A DNA stretch of 63,397 nucleotides, counting the filler, from Coriobacteriales bacterium (lineage in GTDB: Bacteria; Actinomycetota; Coriobacteriia; Coriobacteriales; UBA8131), in the NCBI GenBank assembly GCA_031263105.1. It is 7 parts of 7 records of this genome, joined end to end, with 100 filler letters (N's around TTAATTAATTAA, not from the genome) between each part and the next. Parts side by side here need not be neighbours in the genome. Positions count along the whole stretch, not along the records: positions 45,075 to 52,638 come from JAISGJ010000202.1; positions 52,739 to 63,397 come from JAISGJ010000082.1; 5 more parts are not named here. One strand, given 5' to 3'. Within the stretch, counting starts at the first letter, position 1; every line of letters starts with the position of its first letter. Positions 47,951 through 57,859 of the stretch are shown here, piece by piece. The notes below the pieces were generated by a model. It saw nothing but the letters and a program-made list of their open reading frames with translations. It was not told the origin of the DNA and searched no databases. The translations under genes were made by a program, and so were the position numbers.

Positions 47951-50542
47951 TCAGGCCTCCTTTCCGACGACGGGCGCCTTCTCGGCGAGGGCCCCGGTGC
48001 GCGGGTCAACGCCGCGTGCCAGCTCGCGCACGTCGAACTTGCGCCAATGCTCCTTGGGGAAGCCGGCGACCTCCTCGGGCGAGCAGGGATAGACCTTGCA
48101 GAGCGTGCACTTCAGGTCGGCGCCGAAGCCGGTGCGGCCGGGCTTGTTGCGGAGCAGGTTGTTGACGAAGGACTGGCCCCAGCCGAAGAGGCTCGGCTCG
48201 TCAGGCTCCTGCTCCGGGAACCACCAGCCGTGCTGGGCGGCGACCTCGTACTCGGCGACCTCGTAGGTTATGCGGGCGCGCTGGCGGCAGCGGCGGACCT
48301 CCCAGACGCCGCCGTCGCCGAGGTCCTCGGGGTGCGGGTCGCGGGTGCTCTCGGTGATCGAGCGGTCTGCCCTGCGCACCTTGTTCTCCAGCCAGACCCA
48401 GTCGTTCTCGGAGATGCCGTACCTCTCGGCCGTGCGCGGGTGTATCTGCACCCACGGGTCGGGGGTCAGCTGGCGCAGCCAGGGGACCTGACGGTGCTCG
48501 GAGTGGAAGAAGGAGGTGGTGCGCGCGCCGGTGATCATGACGAGCGGGTACTCCTTGTACAGCTCGGGCGTGGTCACGGGGCCGATGCCGGGCTCCTCGA
48601 TATAGGGCAGGGGGTCGTAGCCGAAGTTCTGGAACAGCGAGGCGTAGAGCTCCACGCGGCCCGTGGGGGTGTTGAAGCCGGGCTGCCCGTCGGGGCGCAG
48701 CTCGCCGGTCTCGTACTTGCGGTAGCGGTAGACCGGATAGGCCGGCCCCCGGTCGCGCAGCTCCTCCCACGTGTAGCCGGAGGGCTCTATCATGTCGTCG
48801 AACAGCGCCTCGTCGGTCTCCCACATCGCCCAGGCAGGCTCGGGGTTTCGTGCCCCCTTGACGGCCTCCAGGTAGGCGGCGTCGTTGTCGAAGCGGCTCC
48901 CCAGACGGCGGTTGATCTCCGCGTCGGAGAGCACCTCGCCCTCGGGCGCTGCGGCGGGGTTGATGGTGGAGAGGAAGTAGTAGTGCGCACGGATGCCCTT
49001 CTTCTCCGCCCAGGTCGCCACCGGCAGCACGATGTCGGCATAGGCCTCGATGGTGGGGGTGAAGAAGATGTCGACGCCGGCGCAGAACTCGACCTTCTTG
49101 AGCGCCTCCTTCCAACGTGCGGCCTCGCAGCTCATGCAGCTGATGCCGTTGGAGGTCTGGAGCCACAGGCCCTTGACACGGCCGGCCTCGCACTCCTCCA
49201 GGCACATGTCGGGCATCGACTGCGTGAGGCCGTAGCGGTACATCGGGTACTCGCTCCAGCCGATGCGCTTCTTCTGCTGCTCCTCGGTGAGGATGTCGTA
49301 GTAGCCCCATGCCCCTGCGGACGGGGGGTCGATGCCCATGGGGGCCGTGGTGTAGACCATGCCGCCGGGTTGGTCGAGGTTGCCGGTGATGGTCCAGAGC
49401 GCGGCGATGGCCTGGGCGCAGGGCGTGCCCTGGCTCTGCATGTCGACCGCCAGCCCCCAGACGACGTTCGCGGGCTTGGAGGTGGCGAAGAGGCGCGCGG
49501 CGGCGACCAGCTTCTCCTTGGGCACCCAGGTCATGGCCGCCAGCTCGTCGAGGTCGAGGCCTCGGCAGCGCTCCGCCAGCTCCTCGAAGCCGTAGGTCCA
49601 GTACTCCACGAACTCGTGGTCGTAGAGGTCCTCCTCGATGATGACCTTGAGCATCGCCATCGCCACGGCGGCGTCGGTGCCGGGCCGCGACATGAGGTGG
49701 ATGTCGGAGCGCGCCGCCCACCACGTGACGCGCGGCTCCACGGTGATGAGCTTGCAGCCCCTCTTCATGACGTCGGTGACCCAGTGGCCCATGAAGAAGT
49801 CGGGGTTGGAGATGTGCGGGTTGCAGCCCCAGATGACGGTGCATTCGGGGCAGGCCCACTCGCTGTTCTCGTAGCGGTCGGCCATGAACTGGCTCATGTC
49901 GGCGATCATGAAGCCGCCGTAGGAGAGGATCATCAGCGAGATGCGCGGCAGGTAGCAGGCGGTGCCGGAGAGGAAGCCGTACTCGTTGGGGCTTCCGATG
50001 GCGTAGCCCAGGCGCCCTACCTGCCACTGGTTGTCGCGCGCGGTGCCGCGCAGCAGGTGGATGGTCTCCGGGCCGTAGGTGGTCCCGATGCGCTTGAACT
50101 CGCGCTCGACGGTGTCCAGCGCCTCGTCCCAGCCGATCCGCTCCCACTGGTGCGACCCGCGCGCGCCGACGCGCCTCATCGGATGGAGGATGCGGTCGGG
50201 GTGATGGATGACCTGCTTGAACGCCAGGCAGCGCGGGCAGAGCCGCCCCTGGTTGTAGGGGTCGTCCGGGTCGCCCTCCAGCTTGACGAACCTGCCGGTC
50301 TCCTTGTCGGAGTAGACCAGCACGCCGCAGCCCTCATGGCAGCCCGGCGCGCTCCAGACGGAGCTGCGGCGCACGATGTAGCCGTCCTCCTCGTACTCCC
50401 AGGGCTTCGAGGGCCTCCAGTCCTGGGCCTCGTGGTGCTTGCCGGCACCGATCTGGAACTGGTTCTCGGTCTTGGAGGTGCCGATCTCGTCGAGGTGCTT
50501 CCCCTCGACGTCTATGGCGCCCTTGATCTCTGCCTCTGCCAT
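47951..50542 (-). CDS. Cytoplasmic Mo/W-bisPGD oxidoreductase (acetylene hydratase/catechol dehydroxylase-like clade)
   Basis: WSAPGCHEGCG, GRLCPR, SGTACYLPR, GFNTPTGRVEL, FFHSEHRQ; no Tat signal. Confidence 0.88.
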   Translation of the reverse strand: MAEAEIKGAIDVEGKHLDEIGTSKTENQFQIGAGKHHEAQDWRPSKPWEYEEDGYIVRRSSVWSAPGCHEGCGVLVYSDKETGRFVKLEGDPDDPYNQGRLCPRCLAFKQVIHHPDRILHPMRRVGARGSHQWERIGWDEALDTVEREFKRIGTTYGPETIHLLRGTARDNQWQVGRLGYAIGSPNEYGFLSGTACYLPRISLMILSYGGFMIADMSQFMADRYENSEWACPECTVIWGCNPHISNPDFFMGHWVTDVMKRGCKLITVEPRVTWWAARSDIHLMSRPGTDAAVAMAMLKVIIEEDLYDHEFVEYWTYGFEELAERCRGLDLDELAAMTWVPKEKLVAAARLFATSKPANVVWGLAVDMQSQGTPCAQAIAALWTITGNLDQPGGMVYTTAPMGIDPPSAGAWGYYDILTEEQQKKRIGWSEYPMYRYGLTQSMPDMCLEECEAGRVKGLWLQTSNGISCMSCEAARWKEALKKVEFCAGVDIFFTPTIEAYADIVLPVATWAEKKGIRAHYYFLSTINPAAAPEGEVLSDAEINRRLGSRFDNDAAYLEAVKGARNPEPAWAMWETDEALFDDMIEPSGYTWEELRDRGPAYPVYRYRKYETGELRPDGQPGFNTPTGRVELYASLFQNFGYDPLPYIEEPGIGPVTTPELYKEYPLVMITGARTTSFFHSEHRQVPWLRQLTPDPWVQIHPRTAERYGISENDWVWLENKVRRADRSITESTRDPHPEDLGDGGVWEVRRCRQRARITYEVAEYEVAAQHGWWFPEQEPDEPSLFGWGQSFVNNLLRNKPGRTGFGADLKCTLCKVYPCSPEEVAGFPKEHWRKFDVRELARGVDPRTGALAEKAPVVGKEA

Positions 50543-50694
50543 CGCCTCTCCTTTCTCTGGCGGGTCCGAACAAATGCTCCGACCAGTAAAGAGGAAGGCG
50601 GGTACGAAAGGCTCACGTCATGGGTATGCAACAGGAGAAATCAGTACGTGGGTATGAGGGCGCGAAGTGGGGATGGGGATGCCATAACTCACAC

Positions 50695-50853
50695 CTGTCA
50701 TTCCGAGCGCAGCGAAGCGAAGCCGAGGAATCCTTGGTCGCGAAGCGACCAACCGTGAGCGGAAGACCCTCTGACCTGCAGTCGGCTGCTCCGCAGCCGA
50801 GGATTCCTCGGCGGAGTTTATCCTGTGCGCAGCCGAAGGGCTCGGAATGACAG
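50695..50853. repeat. Family A full copy
   Basis: ctgtcattccgagc ... gctcggaatgacag. Confidence 0.9.
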
Positions 50854-50881
50854 GGGGTTGAGAGGCCGGTCTCCGTTGCCC

Positions 50882-52384
50882 CTAATCGGGGGGCCGGACC
50901 TCGACGGGGTAGTCCTCGATGAAGTCCATGAGCTTCTGTTGGGAATGGATGTCGAGCTTGCGGTAGATGTTGTAGATGTGCGACTTGGCCGTATGGGGCG
51001 ACACGCAGAGCTCCTTCTGGATGTAGTTGGCGTTGCGCCCCCGCGCAAGGTAGCCGAGCACGTCCCGTTCGCGCGGGGAGAGGCCGTAGAGGTCCGCGAC
51101 CTTCTCGCAGCGCATGCGGGAGAGCGCGTCTGCGCCCATCTCGTCGGCGGGCACCTGAAGGGCGTCCTGTTCGGCGCTGGCCGCATCGAGCGTCCCGTGG
51201 TGGCGGCTCTCGGGGTAGAAGACCGCGACAACGAAGACCAGCAGGAAGACAAGGGCGAGCATGACGACGACAAGGAAGACCTCCGCGAGGCCGAAGAGGA
51301 CATAGGCAAGCGCAATGAGCCACCCCACGAGGAAGCCGAAGGTCGAGACGCTGGCCCCCGACGCGATGGAGAAGAACACCTGCGCCTTGCTGCTGACGCT
51401 CCGTTGCACCAGCAGTGCCCAGTTGATGGCGTTGAAGGCGGCCCAGGACGCGACGATGAGGCAGACGCCGACGGCCTTGAGGGGCACAGGGTCGAAGGGG
51501 ACGACGAGACAGGCGGCGACCGTGGTGACGAGCAGCACGCGCTGGGAGGCGGTGATGCCGACCCTGAAGCCGAGGAGGTCGAGGACGAAGACCGCGCCTG
51601 CACCGAGCAGGACGGTCGAGAGTGCGACCGGCACCAGCCAGCCGCCCTGGACGAACATCAGCGAGAAGCCGAGGCCGAACACGACCCCGAAGACGAAGAT
51701 GGAGGGCTCGACCTCCTTGGTGAAGGGAAGCAGCTCCTTGCGCGACTTGACCGCAAGGGCGTCGCCCTGTCCGGTACGCGCCCGCAGGAAGGCGAGCAGG
51801 CAGAAGCTCACGACGACGTAGAGCATCGCAAAGACCGACTGGACGGGGGGAGAGGTCAGGTTGGCGAGCAGGAACAGGAGCCCTCCGCCGAACACCCCCG
51901 CACTGGTGAAGCGCAGGTGCTTATGGACACGTGCCGACCCGCAGCCGTCGAGCCAGCGAAGCGTGAAGTAGCCTCCGGCGACCCCGGCCGCGAGGCTGCT
52001 TGCCGCATAGGCCGCCGACGGGCAGGGGACGCCGAGGCGGGAGAGCAGGGAGGCGCCGGGCAGCATCAGGGCAAGGACGAGGAAGGCCAGCGCCAGGCGG
52101 TTGTCGGCGAAGCGGCCGACGAGGGGGCGGCGCAGGCAGTGCATGCCGAGGAAGGCGAGGGGCATGCCGACGAAGACGAGTGTCTGGAGGAGGCCGCGGT
52201 GCAGGCCGTCGTACTGTGGCGGGAAGTCGGCGTAGAGCCAGAAGAAGGAGAGCATCGCATAGCCGAAATAGAACGAGAAGCCCCCTGCACCGAAGAGCTC
52301 CATCACACCGATATGCTGCTTCCTTGGTACCGCCTTCGCCGCCGGTTGAACCCCTCGCAGCGACCGGGCATTGTCTCTGGGCAT
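50882..52384 (-). CDS. Multi-TM LuxR-family one-component regulator
   Basis: About 12 hydrophobic helices plus LSPRERDVL..LARGR..TAKSHIYNIYRKL HTH; start uncertain. Confidence 0.9.
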   Translation of the reverse strand: MPRDNARSLRGVQPAAKAVPRKQHIGVMELFGAGGFSFYFGYAMLSFFWLYADFPPQYDGLHRGLLQTLVFVGMPLAFLGMHCLRRPLVGRFADNRLALAFLVLALMLPGASLLSRLGVPCPSAAYAASSLAAGVAGGYFTLRWLDGCGSARVHKHLRFTSAGVFGGGLLFLLANLTSPPVQSVFAMLYVVVSFCLLAFLRARTGQGDALAVKSRKELLPFTKEVEPSIFVFGVVFGLGFSLMFVQGGWLVPVALSTVLLGAGAVFVLDLLGFRVGITASQRVLLVTTVAACLVVPFDPVPLKAVGVCLIVASWAAFNAINWALLVQRSVSSKAQVFFSIASGASVSTFGFLVGWLIALAYVLFGLAEVFLVVVMLALVFLLVFVVAVFYPESRHHGTLDAASAEQDALQVPADEMGADALSRMRCEKVADLYGLSPRERDVLGYLARGRNANYIQKELCVSPHTAKSHIYNIYRKLDIHSQQKLMDFIEDYPVEVRPPD

Positions 52385-52467
52385 ATAATCCACTCGGGCC
52401 TATCCACATCCGACATCAGCTCATAAAGTATACCATTGCCGCTGCTGCTTCCCTTGGGACAGTCTCC

Positions 52468-52636
52468 CACTGTCGCCCCGAGCCCCCACTGCCGTTACTG
52501 TCCACACCCTACTGTCATTCCGAGCGAAGCCGAGGAATCTTTGGGCGCATCAGCGCCCAACGGGGTCAGTTGGCTGCTCCGCAGCCAAAGATTCCTCGGC
52601 TGCGCTCGGAATGACAATGAGGTCTGAACAGTAACC
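52468..52636. repeat. Family A copy
   Basis: gttactgtccacaccctactgtcattccgagc ... gctcggaatgaca..gaacagtaac. Confidence 0.88.
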
Positions 52637-52738
52637 CGNNNNNNNNNNNNNNNNNNNNNNNNNNNNNNNNNNNNNNNNNNNNTTAATTAATTAANNNNNN
52701 NNNNNNNNNNNNNNNNNNNNNNNNNNNNNNNNNNNNNN

Positions 52739-52857
52739 GGGGTGACAGTGGGGGCCGGGGTGACAGTGGGGGCCGGGGTGACAGTGGGGGCCGGGGTGAC
52801 AGTGGGGGCCGGGGTGACAGTGGGGGCCGGGGTGACAGTGGGGGTGTGAACAGTAAC
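52739..52857. repeat. Family A right arm with 18-nt tandem units
   Basis: (ggggtgacagtgggggcc)n then gtgtgaacagtaac. Confidence 0.88.
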
Positions 52858-53004
52858 GTTGCGGGTCGTGGGGGAGCCGGGTCGATTCGGCTGTGGTGGC
52901 AAGGGGGTCTTGGAAATGATATAGTATATGGCAATATAGATAGGGAATCGGCTGTGAACGGTGCTGGTTTCGATTGGTTCCGTTTTTGTTTCAAGGAGAT
53001 GCCG

Positions 53005-53400
53005 ATGAAGATAACGAGAAGGACAGACTACGCGATTCATTTGATTGCCGAGCTTGCCGAACGGCCGAACCGCTGCCATGGGCTGCGTGCCTTGGCGGCC
53101 GACCATGGCGTCACGTATGCGTTTGCCCGTACCGTTCAGCAGGGCCTGCTCAAGGCGGGCATCATCAAGGCCTCCCGAGGCGTCAACGGCGGCATCAGGT
53201 TGGCGAGGCCTCCTGAGGAGATAACCGTGCTCGAGGTGTTCGAGGCCGCACAGAACCCTCTGGACGAGGCCTTCGCCGTGTCGGATGCTGCGTGGTGCTC
53301 CTGCGAGGGGGCGTCCTGTATGACCGGCAAGGTCTGGGATGCGGCTCAGGAGGCCTTGCGTGCGCAGCTTGCGGGTGTGACGATACGACAGATGCTGTAA
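53005..53400 (+). CDS. Rrf2 family regulator with C-terminal Cys cluster
   Basis: MKITRRTDYAI, RGVNGGIRLAR, WCSCEGASC; RBS AAGGAG. Confidence 0.88.
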   Translation: MKITRRTDYAIHLIAELAERPNRCHGLRALAADHGVTYAFARTVQQGLLKAGIIKASRGVNGGIRLARPPEEITVLEVFEAAQNPLDEAFAVSDAAWCSCEGASCMTGKVWDAAQEALRAQLAGVTIRQML

Positions 53401-53460
53401 CGGGACGTGTGAGGCCCGTCGTCGCCCCGCTCTTCTCCCGCCCTGCCTTTCGTGGGCAGC

Positions 53461-53976
53461 CTACACCCTTACGCTTTCCGGCAGTGTGCGCTCGTCGCTG
53501 TACCAGTTCTGGTCGGTCAGGCCCTCCTCGGCGATGCGCGTCGTCTCCATCTCGTAGTAGCGCGCCGTCGCATCCGCCGCGACGCTCCCGTCCTGCAGCA
53601 GCAGCTTCCCCTCCCCGACGAACAGGCGGCCCGAGCGCTTCGTTATCTCGGCGATGACCCTGAGCGGCACGTTGAGCGGCACCGGCTTGCGGAAGCGCAC
53701 GTTGAGCTCCAGGGTCACGCCGAAGGTCTCGGGCTGGGCGACCTGCACCGCGCGGCCTATCGTCTCGTCGAGGATGGCGCTTATCACGCCGCCGTGCATC
53801 CGCCCAGGGTAGCTTTGGTGCGCGTCGCCCGCCGTGAACTCTGCGCAGAGGCGGCCGTCCGACAGTTCGAGGAACTGCGCGTGCAGGCTCAGAGGGTTGT
53901 CGGTGCCACAGACGAAGCACATGTTCGAGATCTTCTGCGAATCGCTCACCGGCACGTCCTGCGGTTCATGTCTCAT
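53461..53976 (-). CDS. PaaI-family hotdog thioesterase
   Basis: CFVCG..NP, HGGVISAILDE, FRKPVP. Confidence 0.88.
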   Translation of the reverse strand: MRHEPQDVPVSDSQKISNMCFVCGTDNPLSLHAQFLELSDGRLCAEFTAGDAHQSYPGRMHGGVISAILDETIGRAVQVAQPETFGVTLELNVRFRKPVPLNVPLRVIAEITKRSGRLFVGEGKLLLQDGSVAADATARYYEMETTRIAEEGLTDQNWYSDERTLPESVRV

Positions 53977-54078
53977 CTTGTCTGCTCCGTCCTCACGCGG
54001 CGTGTTGTTCGGTATACTGGGAGGTGCTGACCAATCGGCACATCCCTATGATGATACCCCATCGAGAAGGTGATTCCT

Positions 54079-54714
54079 ATGACAACAGACAGGCAGGATG
54101 CGGATGCCGCCATCGCGGCGGATCTGACAGATTCGGCAGAGGGCCAGGCGGCGGACACTGCGGCGGACGCTGCGGCGGACACTGCGGAGGACACTGCGGA
54201 GGAGGGCGAGTTCAACGAGGAAGGGATACTCGAACGGACGGTGCTCTATGCCTTCGACCAAGCGGCGGAGATACTCGAGCAGCGGGGCGAGCTCGAGCCC
54301 TTCACCGTCCTCGTCGAGGGGGAGGAGCTGTACATCGAGGAGCACCCCGCCGAGAGCGAGGAGGAGAGCTACGCCTCCGCGCGTCGCACGGTCTATCAGA
54401 TGGAGCGCCTGTGCGATGCCTACGTGCTGTGCTACGACGGCTACGTGAACCTCGAGGAGGGCACAAGCGACGCGCTCGTCATCGAGTATGCGCACAGGGA
54501 GGACGCGCAGGCGCAGACCATCATACGGCTGTACCATCGCCATGGGGACGACTACCACTTCGGGGACGAGCTGTACCAGGTGGGCGAAGCCGAGTCCCTG
54601 TTCAGCGACGCGGTTCGGGCGGCCTCGCCGGCCGGGCAACCCGTAGGGGACGGCGTTCTCGACGTCCCGCCCGCCCCTGCTGCTCCCGGTGCTCCTGCGG
54701 GCTCCCCCAAGTAG
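54079..54714 (+). CDS. Acidic hypothetical protein
   Basis: Host-like codon usage, RBS AAGGTG, 5 nt upstream of dinG. Confidence 0.7.
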   Translation: MTTDRQDADAAIAADLTDSAEGQAADTAADAAADTAEDTAEEGEFNEEGILERTVLYAFDQAAEILEQRGELEPFTVLVEGEELYIEEHPAESEEESYASARRTVYQMERLCDAYVLCYDGYVNLEEGTSDALVIEYAHREDAQAQTIIRLYHRHGDDYHFGDELYQVGEAESLFSDAVRAASPAGQPVGDGVLDVPPAPAAPGAPAGSPK

Positions 54715-54719
54715 GCGGC

Positions 54720-57641
54720 GTGACGACGACCCTGCAAGAGCTCCTGATCCCGGGGACGGACCGGGACGTCGTCGCGCGCTATGAGAGCATGGCCGAGCGT
54801 GCGAAGGACGCCCGGTTCGGCGTGTTCGAGGAGGAGTACGTCGTGCTCGACACCGAGACGACGGGCTTCTCGCCCACCCGCGACTCCCTCATCGAGATCG
54901 CGGCCGTCCGTCTCAGCGGCGCCGAGGTCACGGCGCGCTTCTCCACGTTCGTCGATCCCGGACGGGCGGTGCCGCCCTTCATCACCGAGCTTACGGGCAT
55001 CGGGGACGAGGACGTGCGCGGCGCCCCGGACGTCGCCCAGGCGCTCGGGGAGCTGGACGCCTTCGTGGGCACGCGCACCGTCATCGCCCACAATGCGTCC
55101 TTCGACCGCTCCTTTGTCGCGCAGGGCGTCCCGCTTGCAAGCACCCTCGGCGACGAGGGGCGCTGGATCGACTCCTTGGAGCTTGCGCGCATCGCCCTGC
55201 CGCGCCTGCGCGAGCACAAGCTGGAGACCCTGAGCGCGGCCTTCGGCGTCCACGCCTCGACGCACCGGGCGATCGACGACGTGGAGGCGCTGTGCGGCAT
55301 CTGGCGTGTGCTGCTCGTGGGCATAAGCGACCTTCCGCCGGGCCTTGCCAGCCTGATAGCGGGGATGTTCCCCCGCATGACCTGGCCGCTTCGGGCCGTG
55401 CTCTCGCAGGTGGCAGGGAGCGTGGAGGGGAGCGACGTGCGCTTCTCGCTCGCGAAGGCACGCGCCGCGCGCGAGGGTGCGCAGCAGCTGCGCCAGAAGG
55501 TCGATGCCCTGGAGCTCGACGGCGGCATCCTCGACCTCAAGGCGGTCGAGAGCGACGAGCTCGAACGCGCCTATGGGCCAGACGGCCTGCTCGCCGGGAT
55601 GTACGGGAGCTTCGAGCCGCGCCGTGAGCAGCTGCTCATGGCAACCGAGGTCGCCGAGGCGTTGGCGAGCCATACGCACCGGGCGATCGAGGCGGGCACC
55701 GGTGTGGGCAAATCCATGGCCTATCTTCTCCCCCTTGCCCTGTTCTCCCAGCGCAACCAGGTCTGCTGCGGCGTGGCGACCAAGACGAACGCCCTGCTCG
55801 ACCAGCTGATGTACCACGAACTGCCACGGCTTGACGCGGCCTTGCCCGAGGGCGTGAGCTACGTCGCGCTCAAAGGCTACGACCATTACCCCTGCCTGCG
55901 CAAGCTCATGAACCTCACGCGGGAGGACCGGACCTTCAAGGACACGTCCGCGCCTGCGATGGTGGGGGCGCTGCTCAGCTTCGTCTGCCAGAGCGCCCGT
56001 GGCGACCTCGACCCGCTCCCGCTCAGCTGGCGGGGGCTCTCCCGCCACGAGGTCTGCGCGAGCGCCGACGACTGCCTGCACCACCGGTGCCGCTTCAACC
56101 ACTGCTGCCTGCTCCATGGCGCACGGCGTGTCGCCCGCAAGGCAGACATCGTGCTCACGAACCACGCGCTGCTGTTCTGCGACATGGAGGCGGACAACGG
56201 TATCCTGCCGCCCGTCCGCCAATGGGTCATCGACGAGGCGCATGGGATGGAGGCCGAGGCGCGCAGCCAGCTGAGCTGCACCGTGGAGTCGCGGCTGTTG
56301 GGCCAGACCGTCACGGGGCTGCTGAGTGCGAGCGGTGCGCTTGCGACCATGGAGCGCGACGCAGGGCCTTTGGACGGGGCCTCGCCGCTCGTGGCGAAGC
56401 TCCGTGAGACGCGCGAGGAGGCACGCGCGCTCAGTGCCGTCGCGGAGTCCTTCTTCTCCCAGATCAAGGACCTGTGCACGCTTGCCGAGCAGAGCAGCTA
56501 CCATCAGGTCGAGCTCTGGATAGACGCACGCGTGCGCGACAGCTCCCCCTGGGGTGCGCTTGCCAGCATCGCGTCCTCGCTCGCGGGGCGCATCGAGAAG
56601 CTGTGGGGCGCCTGTCGCGACATCTTGAGCTACGCGGCGCAGTTCGAGGAGCTGACGGAGTCCCAGGGCGACCTCGCAGGGCTCGTCGGCGAGCTTCGGG
56701 AGGCGCTCGGTGCCCTCAACCTGATATTCGACGGCAGTGACGAGGCCTTTGTGTACTACGCCGAGCTCGACCGGCGCACCGAGAGTTCCTACGATCGGCT
56801 TGTCGCTGCCCGCATCGACATCGGCGAGGTGCTGCTCGAGCGCCTGTATCCCGAGATGATGAGCGTGGTGTTCACCTCGGCGACGCTGGCGGCGGGGGAG
56901 GACTTCGGCTACTTCGCGCGTGGTGCAGGGCTCGATCGGCTCGATGCCGAGCAGTGGAAGGCGGTCCGAATCGAGTCGAGTTACGACTTCGAGCACAACA
57001 TGGCGGTGTACCTGCCGACGGACATGCCGGAGCCTCGTTCTCTGGACTATCGCGACGCGCTGGGCGAACTGGTGCGCAAGGTGCACGTGGCGCTCGGGGG
57101 CAGCACGCTGACGCTCTTCACGAACCGCCGCGACATGGAGGAGATGTACGAGCGGCTGAAGGGCCCCCTGGCCGCCGAGGGCGTCACGCTGCGCTGCCAG
57201 ACCAAGGGATTCTCCGCCAAGCGCCTGCGCGACGAGTTCCTGGAGAACGAGGCGCTGAGCCTGTTCGCCCTGCGCTCGTTCTGGGAGGGCTTCGACGCGC
57301 CGGGCGACACCCTGCGCTGTGTGATAATCCCCAAGCTTCCCTTCGGCAAGCCGAACGACCCGCTGATACAGGAGAGGGGGTTGCGCGAGCGCAACGTCTG
57401 GAAGCTCTATGCGCTGCCCGAGGCGATCATCGACCTCAAACAGGCGGCAGGGCGCCTCATCCGTTCGTCGACGGACAGCGGCTCGCTGATCCTGGCCGAC
57501 TCGCGCCTGCTCACGAAGTGGTACGGGCGCACCTTTTTGGACGCGCTCCCCTCACGCCAACGCCACGCCCTCGACACCGCAGCGATAGCCGAGGCTTTGG
57601 GGCAGGGACGCAGCGCGGGGCACCAGGGAGACGATGATTAA
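54720..57641 (+). CDS. dinG: DEDDh exonuclease-DinG helicase fusion
   Basis: VLDTETTG, AHNASFD, HRAIDD; EAGTGVGKS, DEAH, SATL, QAAGRLIRS. Confidence 0.92.
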   Translation: MTTTLQELLIPGTDRDVVARYESMAERAKDARFGVFEEEYVVLDTETTGFSPTRDSLIEIAAVRLSGAEVTARFSTFVDPGRAVPPFITELTGIGDEDVRGAPDVAQALGELDAFVGTRTVIAHNASFDRSFVAQGVPLASTLGDEGRWIDSLELARIALPRLREHKLETLSAAFGVHASTHRAIDDVEALCGIWRVLLVGISDLPPGLASLIAGMFPRMTWPLRAVLSQVAGSVEGSDVRFSLAKARAAREGAQQLRQKVDALELDGGILDLKAVESDELERAYGPDGLLAGMYGSFEPRREQLLMATEVAEALASHTHRAIEAGTGVGKSMAYLLPLALFSQRNQVCCGVATKTNALLDQLMYHELPRLDAALPEGVSYVALKGYDHYPCLRKLMNLTREDRTFKDTSAPAMVGALLSFVCQSARGDLDPLPLSWRGLSRHEVCASADDCLHHRCRFNHCCLLHGARRVARKADIVLTNHALLFCDMEADNGILPPVRQWVIDEAHGMEAEARSQLSCTVESRLLGQTVTGLLSASGALATMERDAGPLDGASPLVAKLRETREEARALSAVAESFFSQIKDLCTLAEQSSYHQVELWIDARVRDSSPWGALASIASSLAGRIEKLWGACRDILSYAAQFEELTESQGDLAGLVGELREALGALNLIFDGSDEAFVYYAELDRRTESSYDRLVAARIDIGEVLLERLYPEMMSVVFTSATLAAGEDFGYFARGAGLDRLDAEQWKAVRIESSYDFEHNMAVYLPTDMPEPRSLDYRDALGELVRKVHVALGGSTLTLFTNRRDMEEMYERLKGPLAAEGVTLRCQTKGFSAKRLRDEFLENEALSLFALRSFWEGFDAPGDTLRCVIIPKLPFGKPNDPLIQERGLRERNVWKLYALPEAIIDLKQAAGRLIRSSTDSGSLILADSRLLTKWYGRTFLDALPSRQRHALDTAAIAEALGQGRSAGHQGDDD

Positions 57642-57642
57642 T

Positions 57643-57789
57643 GCCCCCACTGTCATTCCGAGCCTGCCGAGGAATCCTTGGTCGCGAAGCGACCGACTGC
57701 GGCCGGGAGGCGCATCTGCCCGCAGTCGGCTGCTTCGCAGCCGAGGATTCCTCGGCAGGCTCGGAATGACAGTGGGGGCGTGAACAGTA
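57643..57789. repeat. Family A full copy
   Basis: gcccccactgtcattccgagcctgccgaggaatc ... gattcctcggcaggctcggaatgacagtgggggc. Confidence 0.92.
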
Positions 57790-57859
57790 GCCGGAAGGCG
57801 GCGCACAATGATTGATCATCGTCTCTAGGTATCCACATAGACGGAAGGAAGGGATCCAC

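Noticed and set aside
48047..50758. Long antisense and alternate-frame ORFs (also 45019-47145, 54552-57086, 39987-41483)
   Set aside because: Shadow ORFs expected at high GC opposite well-supported genes; no recognisable motifs
13497..52738. Six N-flanked TTAATTAATTAA motifs
   Set aside because: Identical 100-nt artificial linkers with stops in all frames; not biological
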